DNA of 64,000 bases from Eledone cirrhosa. Taxonomy: Eukaryota. How positions within the stretch are numbered: position 1 is the first letter of the stretch; each line of letters opens with the position of its first letter. Below are positions 1 through 14,533 of the stretch, piece by piece. The notes beneath the pieces were generated by a model. The model ran no database searches. It had not been told where the DNA came from and saw nothing but the letters and a program-made list of their open reading frames with translations. The stretch lies in assembly GCA_964016885.1 (NCBI GenBank), contig OZ024744.1:123876001-123940000 (forward strand), in the 5' to 3' direction. Position numbers and translations under genes: made by a program.

Positions 1-3000
1 ACATAAACAGTATCTTTCATTAGAAATATGGTAATGAAAGGGTTAATGACATAAACAGTATCTTTCATTTGAAATTTGGTAATGAAAGGGTTAATGACAT
101 AGTGTTTTTCATTAGAAATATGGTAATGAAAAGGTTAATGACATAGACAGTGTCTTTCATTAGAAATATGGTAATGCAAGGGTTAATGACATAGACAGTG
201 TCTTTCATTAGAAATATGTTAATGAAAGGGTTAATGACATAGACAGTGTCTTTTATTAGATATATGGTAATGAAAGGGTTAATGACATAAACAGTATCTT
301 TCATTTGAAATATTATAATGAAAGTGTTAATGACGTAGACAGTGTCTTTCATTAGAAATGTGGTAATGAAAGGGTTAATGACATAAACAGTGTCTTTCAT
401 TAGAAATATGGTAATGAAAGGATTAATGACATGGACAGTGTCTTTTATTAACTCTATGGTAATGAAAGTGTTAATGAAATAGACAGTGTCTTTCATTAGA
501 TATATGGTAATGAAAGGCTTAATGACATAGTGTCTTTCATTAGAAATATAGTAATGAAAGGGTTAATGACATCAACAGTGTCTTTCATTAGAAATATGGT
601 AATGAAAGGGTTAATGACATAGTGTTTTTCATTAGAAATATAGTAATGAAAGGGTTAATGACATAGATAGTGTCTTTCATTTGAAACTTGGTAATGAAAG
701 TGTTAATGACATAGACAGTGTCTTTCATTAGAAATATGGTAATGAAAGGGTTAATGACATAGTATCATTCATTAGAAATATGGTAATGAAAGGGTGAATG
801 ACAGTGCTTTTCATTAGAAATATGGTAATGAAAGTGTTAATGAAATAGACAGTGTCTTTCATTAGATATATGGTAATGAAAGGGTTAATGACATAGTGTC
901 TTTCATTAGAAATATAGTAATGAAAGGGTTCATGACATAGACAGTGTCTTTCCTTAGATATATGGTAATGAAAGGGTTAATGACATAGAGAGTGTCTTTC
1001 ATTAGAAATATGGTAATGAAAGGGTTAATGACATAGACAATGTTTTTCATTTCATATATGGTAATGAAAGGGTTAATGGCATAGACACTGTCTTTCGTTA
1101 GAAATTTGGTAACAAAAGGGTTAATGACATAGACAGTGTCTTTCATTAGAAATATGGTAAAGAAAGGGTTAATGACATAGACAGTGTCTTTCCTTAGATA
1201 TATGGTAATGAAAGGGTTAATGACATAGAGAGTGTCTTTCATTAGAAATATGGTAATGAAAGGGTTAATGACATAGACAGTGACTTTCATTTGAAATATT
1301 ATAATGAAAGTGTTAATGACATAGACAGTGTCTTTCATTAGAAATATGGTAATGCAAGGGTTAATGACATAGACAGTGTCTTTCATTAGAAATATGTTAA
1401 TGAAAGGCTTTATGACATAGACAGTGTCTTTTATTAGATATATGGTAATGAAAGGGTTAATGACATAAACAGTATCTTTCATTTGAAATATTATAATGAA
1501 AGTGTTAATGACATAGACAGTGTCTTTCATTAGAAATGTGGTAATGAAAGGGTTAATGACATAAACAGTGTCTTTCATTAGAAATATGTTAATGAAACGG
1601 TTAATGACATAGACAGTGTCTTTCATTAGGAATATGGTAATGAAAGGATTAATGACATGGACAGTGTCTTTTATTAGCTATATGGTAATGAAAGTGTTAA
1701 TGAAATAGACAGTGTCTTTCATTAGATATATGGTAATGAAAGGCTTAATGACATAGTGTCTTTCATTAGAAATATAGTAATGAAAGGGTTAATGACATCA
1801 ACAGTGTCTTTCATTAGAAATATGGTAATGAAAGGGTTAATGACATAGTGTTTTTCATTAGAAATATAGTAATGAAAGGGTTAATGACATAAATAGTGTC
1901 TTTCATTAGAAATATGGTAATGAAAGGGTTAATGACATAGATAGTGTCTTTCATTTGAAACTTGGTAATGAAAGTGTTAATGACATAGACAGTGTCTTTC
2001 ATTAGAAATATGGTAATGAAAGGGTTAATGACATAGTATCATTCATTAGAAATATGGTAATGAAAGGGTTAATGACAGTGCTTTTCATTAGAAATATGGT
2101 AATGAAAGTGTTAATGAAATAGACAGTGTCTTTCATTAGATATATGGTAATGAAAGGGTTAATGACATAGTGTCTTTCATTAGAAATATAGTAATGAAAG
2201 GGTTCATGACATAGACAGTCTTTCATTAGAAATTTGGTAATGAAAGGGTTAAAGAAATAGATTGTCTTTCATTAGAAATATGATAGTGAAAGGGTTTATG
2301 ACATAGACAATGTTTTTCATTTCATATATGGTAATGAAAGGGTTAATGGCATAGACACTGTCTTTCATTAGAAATATGGTAATGAAAGGGTTAATGACAT
2401 AGACAGTGTCTTTCATTAGAAATATGGTAAAGAAAGGGTTAATGACATAGACAGTGTCTTTCCTTAGATATATGGTAATGAAAGGGTTAATGACATAGAG
2501 AGTGTCTTTCATTAGAAATATGGTAATGAAATGGTTAATGACATAGACAGTGACTTTCATTTGAAATATTATAATGAAAGTGTTAATGACATAGACAGTG
2601 TCTTTCATTAGAAATATGGTAATGCAAGGGTTAATGACATAGACAGTGTCTTTCATTAGAAATATGTTAATGAAAGGCTTAATGACATAGACAGTGTCTT
2701 TTATTAGATATATGGTAATGAAAGGGTTAATGACATAAACAGTATCTTTCATTTGAAATATTATAATGAAAGTGTTAATGACATAGACAGTGTCTTTCAT
2801 TAGAAATGTGGTAATGAAAGGGTTAATGACATAAACAGTGTCTTTCATTAGAAATATGTTAATGAAACTGTTAATGACATAGACAGTGTCTTTCATTAGA
2901 AATATGGTAATGAAAGGATTAATGACATGGACAGTGTCTTTTATTAGCTATATGGTAATGAAAGTGTTAATGAAATAGACAGTGTCTTTCATTAGAAATA

Positions 3001-6000
3001 TGGTAATGAAAGGGTTAATGACATAGATAGTGTCTTTCATTTGAAATTTGGTAATGAAAGTGTTAATGACATAGACAGTGTCTTTCATTAGAAATATGGT
3101 AATGAAAGGGTTAATGACATGGACAGTGTCTTTTATTAGCTATATGGTAATTAAAGTGTTAATGAAATAGACGGTGTCTTTCATTAGATATATGGTAATG
3201 AAAGGGTTAATGACATAGATAGTGTCTTTCATTTGAAATTTGGTAATGAAAGTGTTAATGACATAGACAGTGTCTTTCCTTAGAAATATAGTAATGAAAG
3301 GGTTCATGACATCAACAGCGTCTTTCATTAGAAATATGGTAATGAAAGGGTTAATGACATAGTGTTTTTCATTAGAAATATAGTAATGAAAGGGTTAATG
3401 ACATAAATAGTGTCTTTCATTAGAAATATGGTAATGAAAGGGTTAATGACATAGACAGTGTCTTTCATTAGAAATATGGTAATGAAAGGGTTAATGACAT
3501 AGTATCATTCATTAGAGATATGGTAATGAAAGGGTTAATGACAGTGCTTTTCATTAGAAATATGGTAATGAAAGTGTTAATGAAATAGACAGTGTCTTTC
3601 ATTAGATATATGGTAATGAAAGGGTTAATGACATAGTGTCTTTCATTAGAAATATAGTAATGAAAGGGTTAATGACATAGACACTGTCTTTCATTAGAAA
3701 TTTGGTATATGAAAGGGTTAATGACATAGTGTTTTTCATTAGAATATGGTAATGAAAGGACTAATGACATAGACAGTGTCTTTCATTAGAAATATGATAA
3801 TGAAAGGGTTAATGACATAGACAGTGTCTTTCATTAGAATTTTGGTAATGAAAGGGTTAAAGAAATAGATTGTCTTTCATTAGAAATATGGTAGTGAAAG
3901 GGTTTATGACATATACAATGTTTTTCATTTCATATATGGTAATGAAAGGGTTAATGGCATAGACACTGTCTTTCGTTAGAAATTTGGTAATAAAAGGGTT
4001 AATGACATAGACAGTGTTTTTCATTTGAAATATGGTAGTGAAATGGTTAATGACATAGACAGTGTCTTTCATTAGAAATATGGTAATGAAAGGGTTAATG
4101 ACATAGACAGTGTCTTTCCTTAGATATATGGTAATGAAAGGGTTAATGACATAGACAGTGTCTTTCATTAGAAATATAGTAATGAAAGGTTTAATGACAT
4201 AGACAGTGTCTTTCATTAGAAATATGGTAATGAAAGGGTTAATGACATAGACAGTGACTTTCATTTGAAATATTATAATGAAAGTGTTAATGACATAGAC
4301 AGTGTCTTTCATTAGAAATATGGTAATGAAAGGCTTAATGACATAGACAGTGTCTTTCATTAGAAATATGGTAATGCAAGGGTTAATGACATAGACAGTG
4401 TCTTTCATTAGAAATATGTTAATGAAAGGCTTAATGACACAGACAGTGTCTTTTATTAGATATATGGTAATGAAAGGGTTAATGACATAAACAGTATCTT
4501 TCATTTGAAATATTATAATGAAAGTGTTAATGACATAGACAGTGTCTTTCATTAGAAATGTGGTAATGAAAGGGTTAATGACATAGACAGTGTCTTTCAT
4601 TAGAAATATGGTAATGAAAGGATTAATGACATGGACAGTGTCTTTTATTAGCTATATGGTAATGAAAGTGTTAATGAAATAGACAGTGTCTTTCATTAGA
4701 TATATGGTAATGAAAGGCTTAATGACTTAGTGTCTTTCATTAGAAATATAGTAATGAAAGGGTTAATGACATCAACAGTGTCTTTCATTAGAAATATGGT
4801 AATGAATAGGTTAATGACATAGTGTTTTTCATTAGAAATATAGTAATGAAAGGGTTAATGACATAAATAGTGTCTTTCATTAGAAATATGGTAATGAAAG
4901 GGTTAATGACATAGATAGTGTCTTTCATTTGAAACTTGGTAATGAAAGTGTTAATGACATAGACAGTGTCTTTCATTAGAAATATGGTAATGAAAGGGTT
5001 AATGACATAGTATCATTCATTAGAAATATGGTAATGAAAGGGTTAATGACAGTGCTTTTCATTAGAAATATGGTAATGAAAGTGTTAATGAAATAGAAAG
5101 TGTCTTTCATTAGGTATATGGTAATGAAAGGGTTAATGACATAGTGTCTTTCATTAGAAATATAGTAATGAAAGGGTTCATGACATAGACAGTCTTTCAT
5201 TAGAAATTTGGTAATGAAAGGGTTAAAGAAATAGATTGTCTTTCATTAGAAATATGGTAGTGAAAGGGTTTATGACATAGACAATGTTTTTCATTTCAGA
5301 TATGGTAATGAAAGGGTTAATGGCATAGACACTGTCTTTCGTTAGAAATTTGGTAACAAAAGGGTTAATGACATAGACAGTGTCTTTCATTAGAAATATG
5401 GTAAAAAAAGGGTTAATGACATAGACAGTGTCTTTCCTTAGATATATGGTAATGAAAGGGTTAATGACATAGACAGTGTCTTTTATTAGCTATATGGTAA
5501 TTAAAGTGTTAATGAAATAGGCAGTGTCTTTCATTAGATATATGGTAATGAAAGGGTTAATGACATAGTGTCTTTCATTAGAAATATAGTAATGAAAGGG
5601 TTAATGACATCAACAGCGTCTTTCATTAGAAATATGGTAATGAAAGGGTTAATGACATAGTGTGTTTCATTAGAAATATAGTAATGAAAGGGTTAATGAC
5701 ATAAATAGTGTCTTTCATTAGAAATATGGTAATGAAAGGGTTAATGACATAGACAGTGTCTTTCATTAGAAATATGGTAATGAAAGGGTTAATGACATAG
5801 ATAGTGTCTTTCATTTGAAATTTGGTAATGAAAGTGTTAATGACATAGACAGTGTCTTTCATTAGAAATATGGTAATGAAAGGGTTAATGACATAGTATC
5901 ATTCATTAGCGATATGGTAATGAAAGGGTTAATGACAGTGCTTTTCATTAGAAATAAGGTAATGAAAGTGGTAATGAAATAGACAATGTCTTTCATTAGA

Positions 6001-9000
6001 TATATGGTAATGAAAGGGTTAATGACATAGTGTCTTTCATTAGAAATATAGTAATGAAAGGGTTAATGACATAGACACTGTCTTTCATTAGAAATATGGT
6101 AATGAAAGGGTTAATGACATAGACAGTGTCTTTCATTAGAAATTTGGTAATGAAAGGGTTAAAGAAATAGATTGTCTTTCATTTGAAATATGGTAGTGAA
6201 AGGGTTTATGACATATACAATGTTTTTCATTTCATATATGGTAATGAAAGGGTTAATGGCATAGACACTGTCTTTCGTTAGAAATTTGGTAATAAAAGGG
6301 TTAATGACATAGACAGTGTTTTTCATTTGAAATATGGTAGTGAAAGGGTTAATGACATAGACTGTCTTTCATTAGAAATATGGTAATGAAAGGGTTAATG
6401 ACATAGACAGTGTCTTTCATTAGAAATATGGTAATGAAAGGGTTAATGACATAGACAGTGTCTTTCATTAGATATATGGTAATGAAAGGGTTAATGACAT
6501 AGTGTCTTTCATTAGAAATATAGTAATGAAAGGTTTAATGACATAGACAGTGTCTTTCATTAGAAATATGGTAATGAAAGTGTTAATGACATAGACAGTG
6601 TCTTTTATTAGAAATATGGTAATGGAATGGTTACATTAGAAATATGGTAATGAAAGGGATAATGGCATAGACAGTGTCTTTCATTAGAAATATGGTAATG
6701 AAAGGGTTAATGACATAGACAGTGTCTTTCATTAGAAATATGGTAATGGAAAGATTAAATATGGTAATGGAATGGTTACATTAGAAATATGGTAATGAAA
6801 GGGTTAGTGACATAGACAGTGTCTTTCATTAGAAATATGGGAATGCAAGGGTTAATGACATAGACAGTGTCTTTCATGAGAAATATGGTAATGAAAGGGT
6901 TAATGACATAGACAGTGTCTTTCATTATATATATGGTAATGAAAGGGTTAATGACATAGTGTCTTTCATTAGAAATATAGTAATGAAATGTTTAATGACA
7001 TAGACAGTGTCTTTCATTAGAAATATGGTAATGAAAGGGTTAATGACATAGACAGTGTCTTACATGAGACATATGGTAATGAAAGGGTTAATGACATAGA
7101 CAGTATCTTTCATTAGATATATGGTAATGAAAGGGTTAATGACATAGTGTCTTTCATTAGAAATATAGTAATGAAAGGGTTAATGACATAGTGTTTTTCA
7201 TAGAAATATGGTAATGAAAGGGTTAATGACATAAATAGTGTCTTTCATTAGAAATATGGTAATGAAAGGGTTAATGACATAGACAGTGTCTTTCATTAGA
7301 ATTATGGTAATGAAAGGGTTAATGACATAGATAGTGTCTTTCATTTTAAATATGGTAATGAATGTGTTAATGACATAAACAGTGTTTTTCATTAGAAACA
7401 TGTTAATGAAAGGGTTAATGACATAGACAGTGTCTTTCATTAGAAATATGGGTATTAAAGGGTTAATGACATAGACAGTGTCTTTCATTAGAAATATGGT
7501 AAATGAAAGGGTTAATGACATAGACTGTTTTTCATTAGATATATGGTAATGAAAGGGTTAATGACATAAACAGTATCTTTCATTAGAAATATGGTAATGC
7601 AAGGGTTAATGACATAAACAGTATCTTTCATTTGAAATTTGGTAATGAAAGGGTTAACGACATAGTGTTTTTCTTTAGAAATATGGTAATGAAAAGGTTA
7701 ATGACATAGACAGTGTCTTTCATTAGAAATATGGTAATGCAAGGGTTAATGACATAGACAGTGTCTTTCATTAGAAATATGTTAATGAAAGGCTTAATGA
7801 CATAGACAATGTTTTTCATTAGAAATATGGTAATGAAAGGGTTAATGACATAAACAGTGTCTTTAGTTAGAAATATGGTAATGAAAGGGTTAATGACATA
7901 AACAGTGTCTTTCATTAGAAATATGTTAATGAAAGGATTAATGACATAGATAGTGTCTTTCATGAGAATTATGGTAATGAAAGGGTTAATGACATAGACA
8001 GTGTCTTTTATTAGATATATGGTAATGAAAGGGTTAATGACATAAACAGTATCTTTCATTTGAAATATTATAATGAAAGTGTTAATGACATAGATAGTGT
8101 CTTTCATTAGAAATGTGGTAATGAAAGGGTTAATGACATAAACAGTGTCTTTCATTAGAAATATGTTAAGGAAAGGGTTAATGACATAGACAGTGTCTTT
8201 CATTAGAAATATGATAATGAAAGGGCTAATGACATAGACAGTGTCTTTCATTAGAAATATGATAATGAAAGGGTTAATGACATAGACAGTGTCTTTCATT
8301 AGAAATATGGTAATGAAAGGGTTAATGACATAGACAGTGTCTTTCATTAGAAATTTGGTAATGAAAGGGTTAAAGAAATAGATTGTCTTTCATTAGAAAT
8401 ATGGTAGTGAAAGGGTTTATGACATAGACAATGTTTTTCATTTCATATATGCTAATGAAAGGGTTAATGGCATAGACGCTGTCTTTCGTTAGAAATTTGG
8501 TAATCAAAGGTTTAATGACATAGACAGTGTTTTTCACTTGAAATATGGTAGTGAAAGGGTTAATGACATAGACTGTCTTTCATTAGAAATATGGTAATGA
8601 AAGGGTTAATGACATAGACATTGTCTTTCATTAGAAATATGGTAATGGAATGGTTACATTAGGAATATGGTAATGAAAGGCTTAATGACATAGACAGTGT
8701 TTTTCATTAGAAATATGGTAATGAAAGGGTTAATGACATAAACAGTGTCTTTCATTAGAAATATGTTAATGAAAGGGTTAATGACATAGACAGTGTCTTT
8801 CATGAGAATTATGGTAATGAAAGGGTTAATGACATAGACAGTGTCTTTTATTAGATATATGGTAATGATAGGGTTAATGACATAAACAGTATCTTTCATT
8901 TGAAATATTATAATGAAAGTGTTAATGATATAGACAGTGTCTTTCATTAGAAATGTGGTAATGAAAGGGTTAATGACATAAACAGTGTCTTTCATTAGAT

Positions 9001-12000
9001 ATATGGTAATGAAAGGGTTAATGACATAGTGTCTTTCATTGGAAATATCGTAATGAAAGGGTTAATGACATCAACAGTGTCTTACATTACAAATATGGTA
9101 ATGAAAGGGTTAATGACATAGTGTTTTTCATTAGAAATATAGTAATGAAAGGGTTAATGACATAAATAGTGTCTTCATTAGAAATATGGTAATGAAAGGG
9201 TTAATAACATAGTATCATTCATTAGAAATATGGTAATGAAAGGGTTAATGACAGTGCTTTTCATTAGAAATATGGTAATGAAAGTGTTAATGAAATAGAC
9301 AGTGTCTTTCATTAGATATATGGTAATGAAAGGGTTAATGACATAGTGTCTTTCATTAGAAATATAGTAATATAGTAATGAAAGGGTTAATGACATAGAC
9401 ACTGTCTTTCATTAGAATATGGTAATGAAAGGGCTAATGACATAGACAGTGTCTTTCATTAGAAATATGATAATGAAAGGGTTAATGACATAGACAGTGT
9501 CTTTCATTAAAAATATGGTAATGAAAGGGTTAATGACATAGACAGTGTCTTTCCTTAGATATATGGTAATGAAAGGGTCCATGACATAGACAGTGTCTTT
9601 CATTAGAAATATGGTAATGAAAGGGTTAATGACGTTGACAGTGACTTTCATTAGAAATATGGTAATGAAAGGGTTAATGACATAGACAGTGTCTTTCATT
9701 AGAAATATGGTAATGGAATGGTTACATTAGAAATATGGTAATGAAAGGGTTAATGGCATAGACAGTGTCTTTCATTAGAAATATGGTAATGGAAAGATTA
9801 AATATGGTAATGGAATGGTCACATTAGAAATATGGTAATGAAAGGGTTAGTGACATAGACAGTGTCTTTCATTAGAAATATAGTAATGCAAGGGTTAATG
9901 ATATAGACTGTCTTTCATTATATATATGGTAATGAAAAGGTTAATGACATAGTGTTTTTCATTAGAAATATGGTAATGAAAGGGTTAATGACATGAATAG
10001 TGTCTTTTATTAGAAATATGGTAATGAAAGGGTTAATGACATAGACAGTGTCTTTCATTAGAAATATGGTAATGAAAGGGTTAATGACATAGATAGTGTC
10101 TTTCATTTGAAATATGGTAATGAAAGTGTTAATGACATAAACAGTGTTTTTCATTAGAAATATGTGAATGAAAGGGTTAATGACATAGACAGTGTCTTTC
10201 ATTAGAAATATGGGTATTAAAGGGTTAATGACATAGACAGTGTCTTTCATTAGAAATATGGTAAATGAAAGGGTTAATGACATAGCGTTTTTCATTAGAA
10301 ATATGGTTATGAAAGGGTTAATGACATAGACAGTGTCTTTCATTAGATATATGGTAATGAAAGGGTTAATGACGTAAACAGTATCTTTCACTTGAAATTT
10401 GGTAATTAAAGGGTTAATGACATAGTGTTTTTCATTAGAAATATGGTAATGAAAGGGTTAATGACATAGACAGTGTCTTTCATTAGAAATATGGTAATGG
10501 AAGGGTTAATGACATAAACAGTATCTTTCATTTGAAATTTGGTAATGAAAGGGTTAATGACATAGTGTTTTTCATTAGAAATATGGTAATGAAAAGGTTA
10601 ATGACATAGACAGTGTCTTTCATTAGAAATATGGTAATGCAAGGGTTAATGACATAGACAGTGTCTTTCATTAGAAATATGTTAATGAAAGGCTTAATGA
10701 CATAGACAGTGTTTTTCATTAGAAATATGGTAATGAAAGGGTTAATGACATAAACAGTGTCTTTTATTAGATATATGGTAATGAAAGGGTTAATGACATA
10801 AACAGTATCTTTCATTTGAAATATTATAATGAAAGTGTTAATGACATAGATAGTGTCTTTCATTAGAAATGTGGTAATGAAAGGGTTAATGACATAAACA
10901 GTGTCTTTCATTAGAAATATGTTAATGAAAGGGTTAATGACATAGACAGTGTCTTTCATTAGAAATATGATAATGAAAGGGCTAATGACATAGACAGTGT
11001 CTTTCATTAGAAATATGATAATGAAAGGGTTAATGACATAGACAGTGTCTTTCATTAGAAATATGGTAATGAAAGGGTTAATGACATAGACAGTGTCTTT
11101 CATTAGAAATTTGGTAATGAAAGGGTTAAAGAAATAGATTGTCTTTCATTAGAAATATGGTAGTGAAAGGGTTTATGACATAGACAATGTTTTTCATTTC
11201 ATATATGCTAATGAAAGGGTTAATGGCATAGACACTGTCTTTCGTTAGAAATTTGGTAATCAAAGGTTTAATGACATAGACAGTGTTTTTCACTTGAAAT
11301 ATGGTAGTGAAAGGGTTAATGACTTAGACTGTCTTTCATTAGAAATATGGTAATGAAAGGGTTAATGACATAAACAGTGTCTTTCATTACAAATATGTTA
11401 ATGAAAGGGTTAATGACATAGACAGTGTCTTTCATGAGAATTATGGTAATGAAAGGGTTAACGACATAGACAGTGTCTTTTATTAGATATATTGTAATGA
11501 TAGGGTTAATGACATAAACAGTATCTTTCATTTGAAATATTATAATGAAAGTGTTAATGACATAGACAGTGTCTTTCATTAGAAATGTGGTAATGAAAGG
11601 GTTAATGACATAAACAGTGTCTTTCATTAGAAATATGTTAATGAAAGGGTTAATGACATAGACAGTGTCTTTCATTAGAAATATGGTAATGAAAGGATTA
11701 ATGACATAGACAGTGTCTTTTATTAGCTATATGGTAATGAAAGTGTTAATGAAATAGACAGTGTCTTTCATTAGATATATGGTAATGAAAGGGTTAATGA
11801 CATAGTGTCTTTCATTAGAAATATAGTAATGAAAGGGTTAATGACATCAACAGTGTCTTTCATTACAAATATGGTAATGAAAGGGTTAATGACATAGTGT
11901 TTTTCATTAGAAATATAGTAATGAAAGGGTTAATGACATAAATAGTGTCTTCATTAGAAATATGGTAACGAAAGGGTTAAAGACATAGACAGTGTCTTTC

Positions 12001-13412
12001 ATTAGAAATATGGTAATGAAAGGGTTAATGACATAGATAGTGTCTTTCATTTGAAATTTGGTAATGAAAGTGTTAATGACATAGACAGTGTCTTTTATTA
12101 GAAATATGGTAATGAAAGGGTTAATAACATAGTATCATTCATTAGAAATATGGTAATGAAAGGGTTAATGACGTAGACAGTGACTTTCATTAGAAATATG
12201 GTAATGAAAGGGTTAATGACATTGACAGTGTCTTTCATTAGAAATATGGTAATGGAATGGTTACATTAGAAATATGGTAATGAAAGGGTTAATGACATAG
12301 ACAGTGTCTTTCATTAGAAATATGGTAATGAAAGGGTTAATGACATAGATAGTGTCTTTCATTTGAAATATGGTAATGAAAGTGTTAATGACATAAACAG
12401 TGTTTTTCATTAGAAATATGTTAATGAAAGGGTTAATGACATAGACAGTGTCTTTCATTAGAAATATGGGTATTAAAGGGTTAATGACATAGACAGTGTC
12501 TTTCATTAGAAATATGGTAAATGAAAGGGTTAATGACATAGCGTTTTTCATTAGAAATATGGTAATGAAAGGGTTAATGACATAGACAGTGTCTTTCGTT
12601 AGAAATATGGTAATGAAAGGGTTAATGACATAAACAGTGTCTTTCATTAGAAATATGGTAATGAAAGTGTTAATGACATAAACAGTGTCTTTCATTAGAA
12701 ATATGTTAATGAAAGGGTTAATGACATAGACAGTGTCTTTCATTAGAAATATGGTAATGAAAGGGTTAATGACATAAACAGTGTCTTTCATTAGAAATAT
12801 GGTAATGAAAGTGTTAATGACATAAACAGTGTCTTTCATTAGAAATATGTTAATGAAAGGGTTTATGACATAGACAGTGTCTTTTATTAGATATATGGTA
12901 ATGAAAGGGTTAATGACATAAACAGTATCTTTCATTAGAAATATGGTAATGAAAGGGTTAATGACATAAACAGTATCTTTCACTTGAAATTTGGTAATGA
13001 AAGGGTTAATGACATAGTGTTTTTCATTAGAAATATGGTAATGAAAGGGTTAATCACATAGACAGTGTCTTTCATTAGAAATATGGTAATGCAAGGGTTA
13101 ATGACATAGACAGTGTCTTTCATTAGAAATATGGTAATGTAAGGGTTAATGACATAAACAGTGTCTTTCATTAGAAATATGTTAATGAAAGGGTTAATGA
13201 CATAGACAGTGTCTTTCATTACAAATATGGTAAGGAAAGGGTTAATGACATAGTATCATTCATTAGAAATATGGTAATGAAAGGGTTAATGACAGTGCTT
13301 TTCATTAGAAATATGGTAATGAAAGTGTTAATGAGATAGACAGTGTCTTTCATTAGATATATGCTAATGAAAGGGTTAATGACATAGTGTCTTTCATTAT
13401 CTATATAATAAT

Positions 13413-13532
13413 TGTTTCTACGTTAGGCACAAGGCCAGCAATGACCCAGTGTATTACTGGTACTTTATTTTATCGACCCCGTAAGGATGAAAGGCAAAGT
13501 TAACCTCGGCGGGATTTGAACTCAGAATGGCA
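13413..13532 (-). mobile_element. 5'-truncated tRNA-derived SINE, copy 1 (TSD 13396-13412 / 13533-13549)
   Basis: Minus strand reads ...TTCTGAGTTCAAATCCCGCCGAGGTTAACTTTGCCTTTCATCCTTACGGGGTCGATAAAATAAAGTACCAG..., with a Pol III B-box-like GTTCAAATCC. Flanked by ATTAT(C/A)TATATAATAAT direct repeats. Confidence 0.85.
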
Positions 13533-14413
13533 ATTATATATATAATAATGAAAGGGTTAATGACATAAACAGTGTCTTTCATTAGAAATATGGTAATGAA
13601 AGTGTTAATGACATAGTGTTTTTCATTAGAAATATGGTAATGAAAGGGTTAATGACATAAACAGTGTCTTTCATTAGAAATATGGTAATGAAAGGGTTAA
13701 TGACATAGACAGTGTCTTTCATTAGAAATATGGTAATGCAAGGGTTAATGACTTAGACAGTCTTTCATTAGAAATATGGTAATGAAAAGGTTAATGACAA
13801 AGTGTTTTTCATTAGAATATGGTAATGAAAGGGCTAATGATATAAACAGTGTCTTTCGTTAGAAATATGGTAATGAAAGGGTTAATGAAATAGTGTTTTT
13901 CATTAGAAATATGGTAATGAAAGGGTTAATGACATAGACAGTGTCTTTCATTAGAAATATGGTAATGGAATGGTTACATTAGAAATATGGTAATGAAAGG
14001 GTTAATGGCATAGACAGTGTCTTTCATTAGAAATATGGTAATGAAAGGGTTAATGACATAGACAGTGTCTTTCATTAGAAATATGGTAATGGAAAGGTTA
14101 AATATGGTAATGGAATGGTTACATTAGAAATATGGTAATGAAAGGGTTAATGACATACACAGTGTCTTTCATTAGAAATATAGTAATGCAAGGGTTAATG
14201 ACATAGACAGTGTCTTTCATTAGCAATATGGTAATGAAAGGGTCAATGACATAGTGTTTTGCATTAGAAATATGGTAATGAAAGGGTTAATGACAGTGCT
14301 TTTCATTAGAAATATGGTAATGAAAGTGTTAATGAGATAGACAGTGTCTTTCATTAGATATATGCTAATGAAAGGGTTAATGACATAGTGTCTTTCATTA
14401 TCTATATAATAAT

Positions 14414-14533
14414 TGTTTCTACGTTAGGCACAAGGCCAGCAATGACCCAGTGTATTACTGGTACTTTATTTTATCGACCCCGTAAGGATGAAAGGCAAAG
14501 TTAACCTCGGCGGGATTTGAACTCAGAATGGCA
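14414..14533 (-). mobile_element. SINE copy 2 (1,001-bp tandem duplicate of copy 1)
   Basis: Same 120-bp body. Shares the C variant in the left TSD (ATTATCTATATAATAAT) with copy 1. Confidence 0.85.

Noticed and set aside
13505-13530. tRNA gene at the B-box-like motif
   Set aside because: No A-box or cloverleaf. It is the truncated head of a TSD-flanked SINE.
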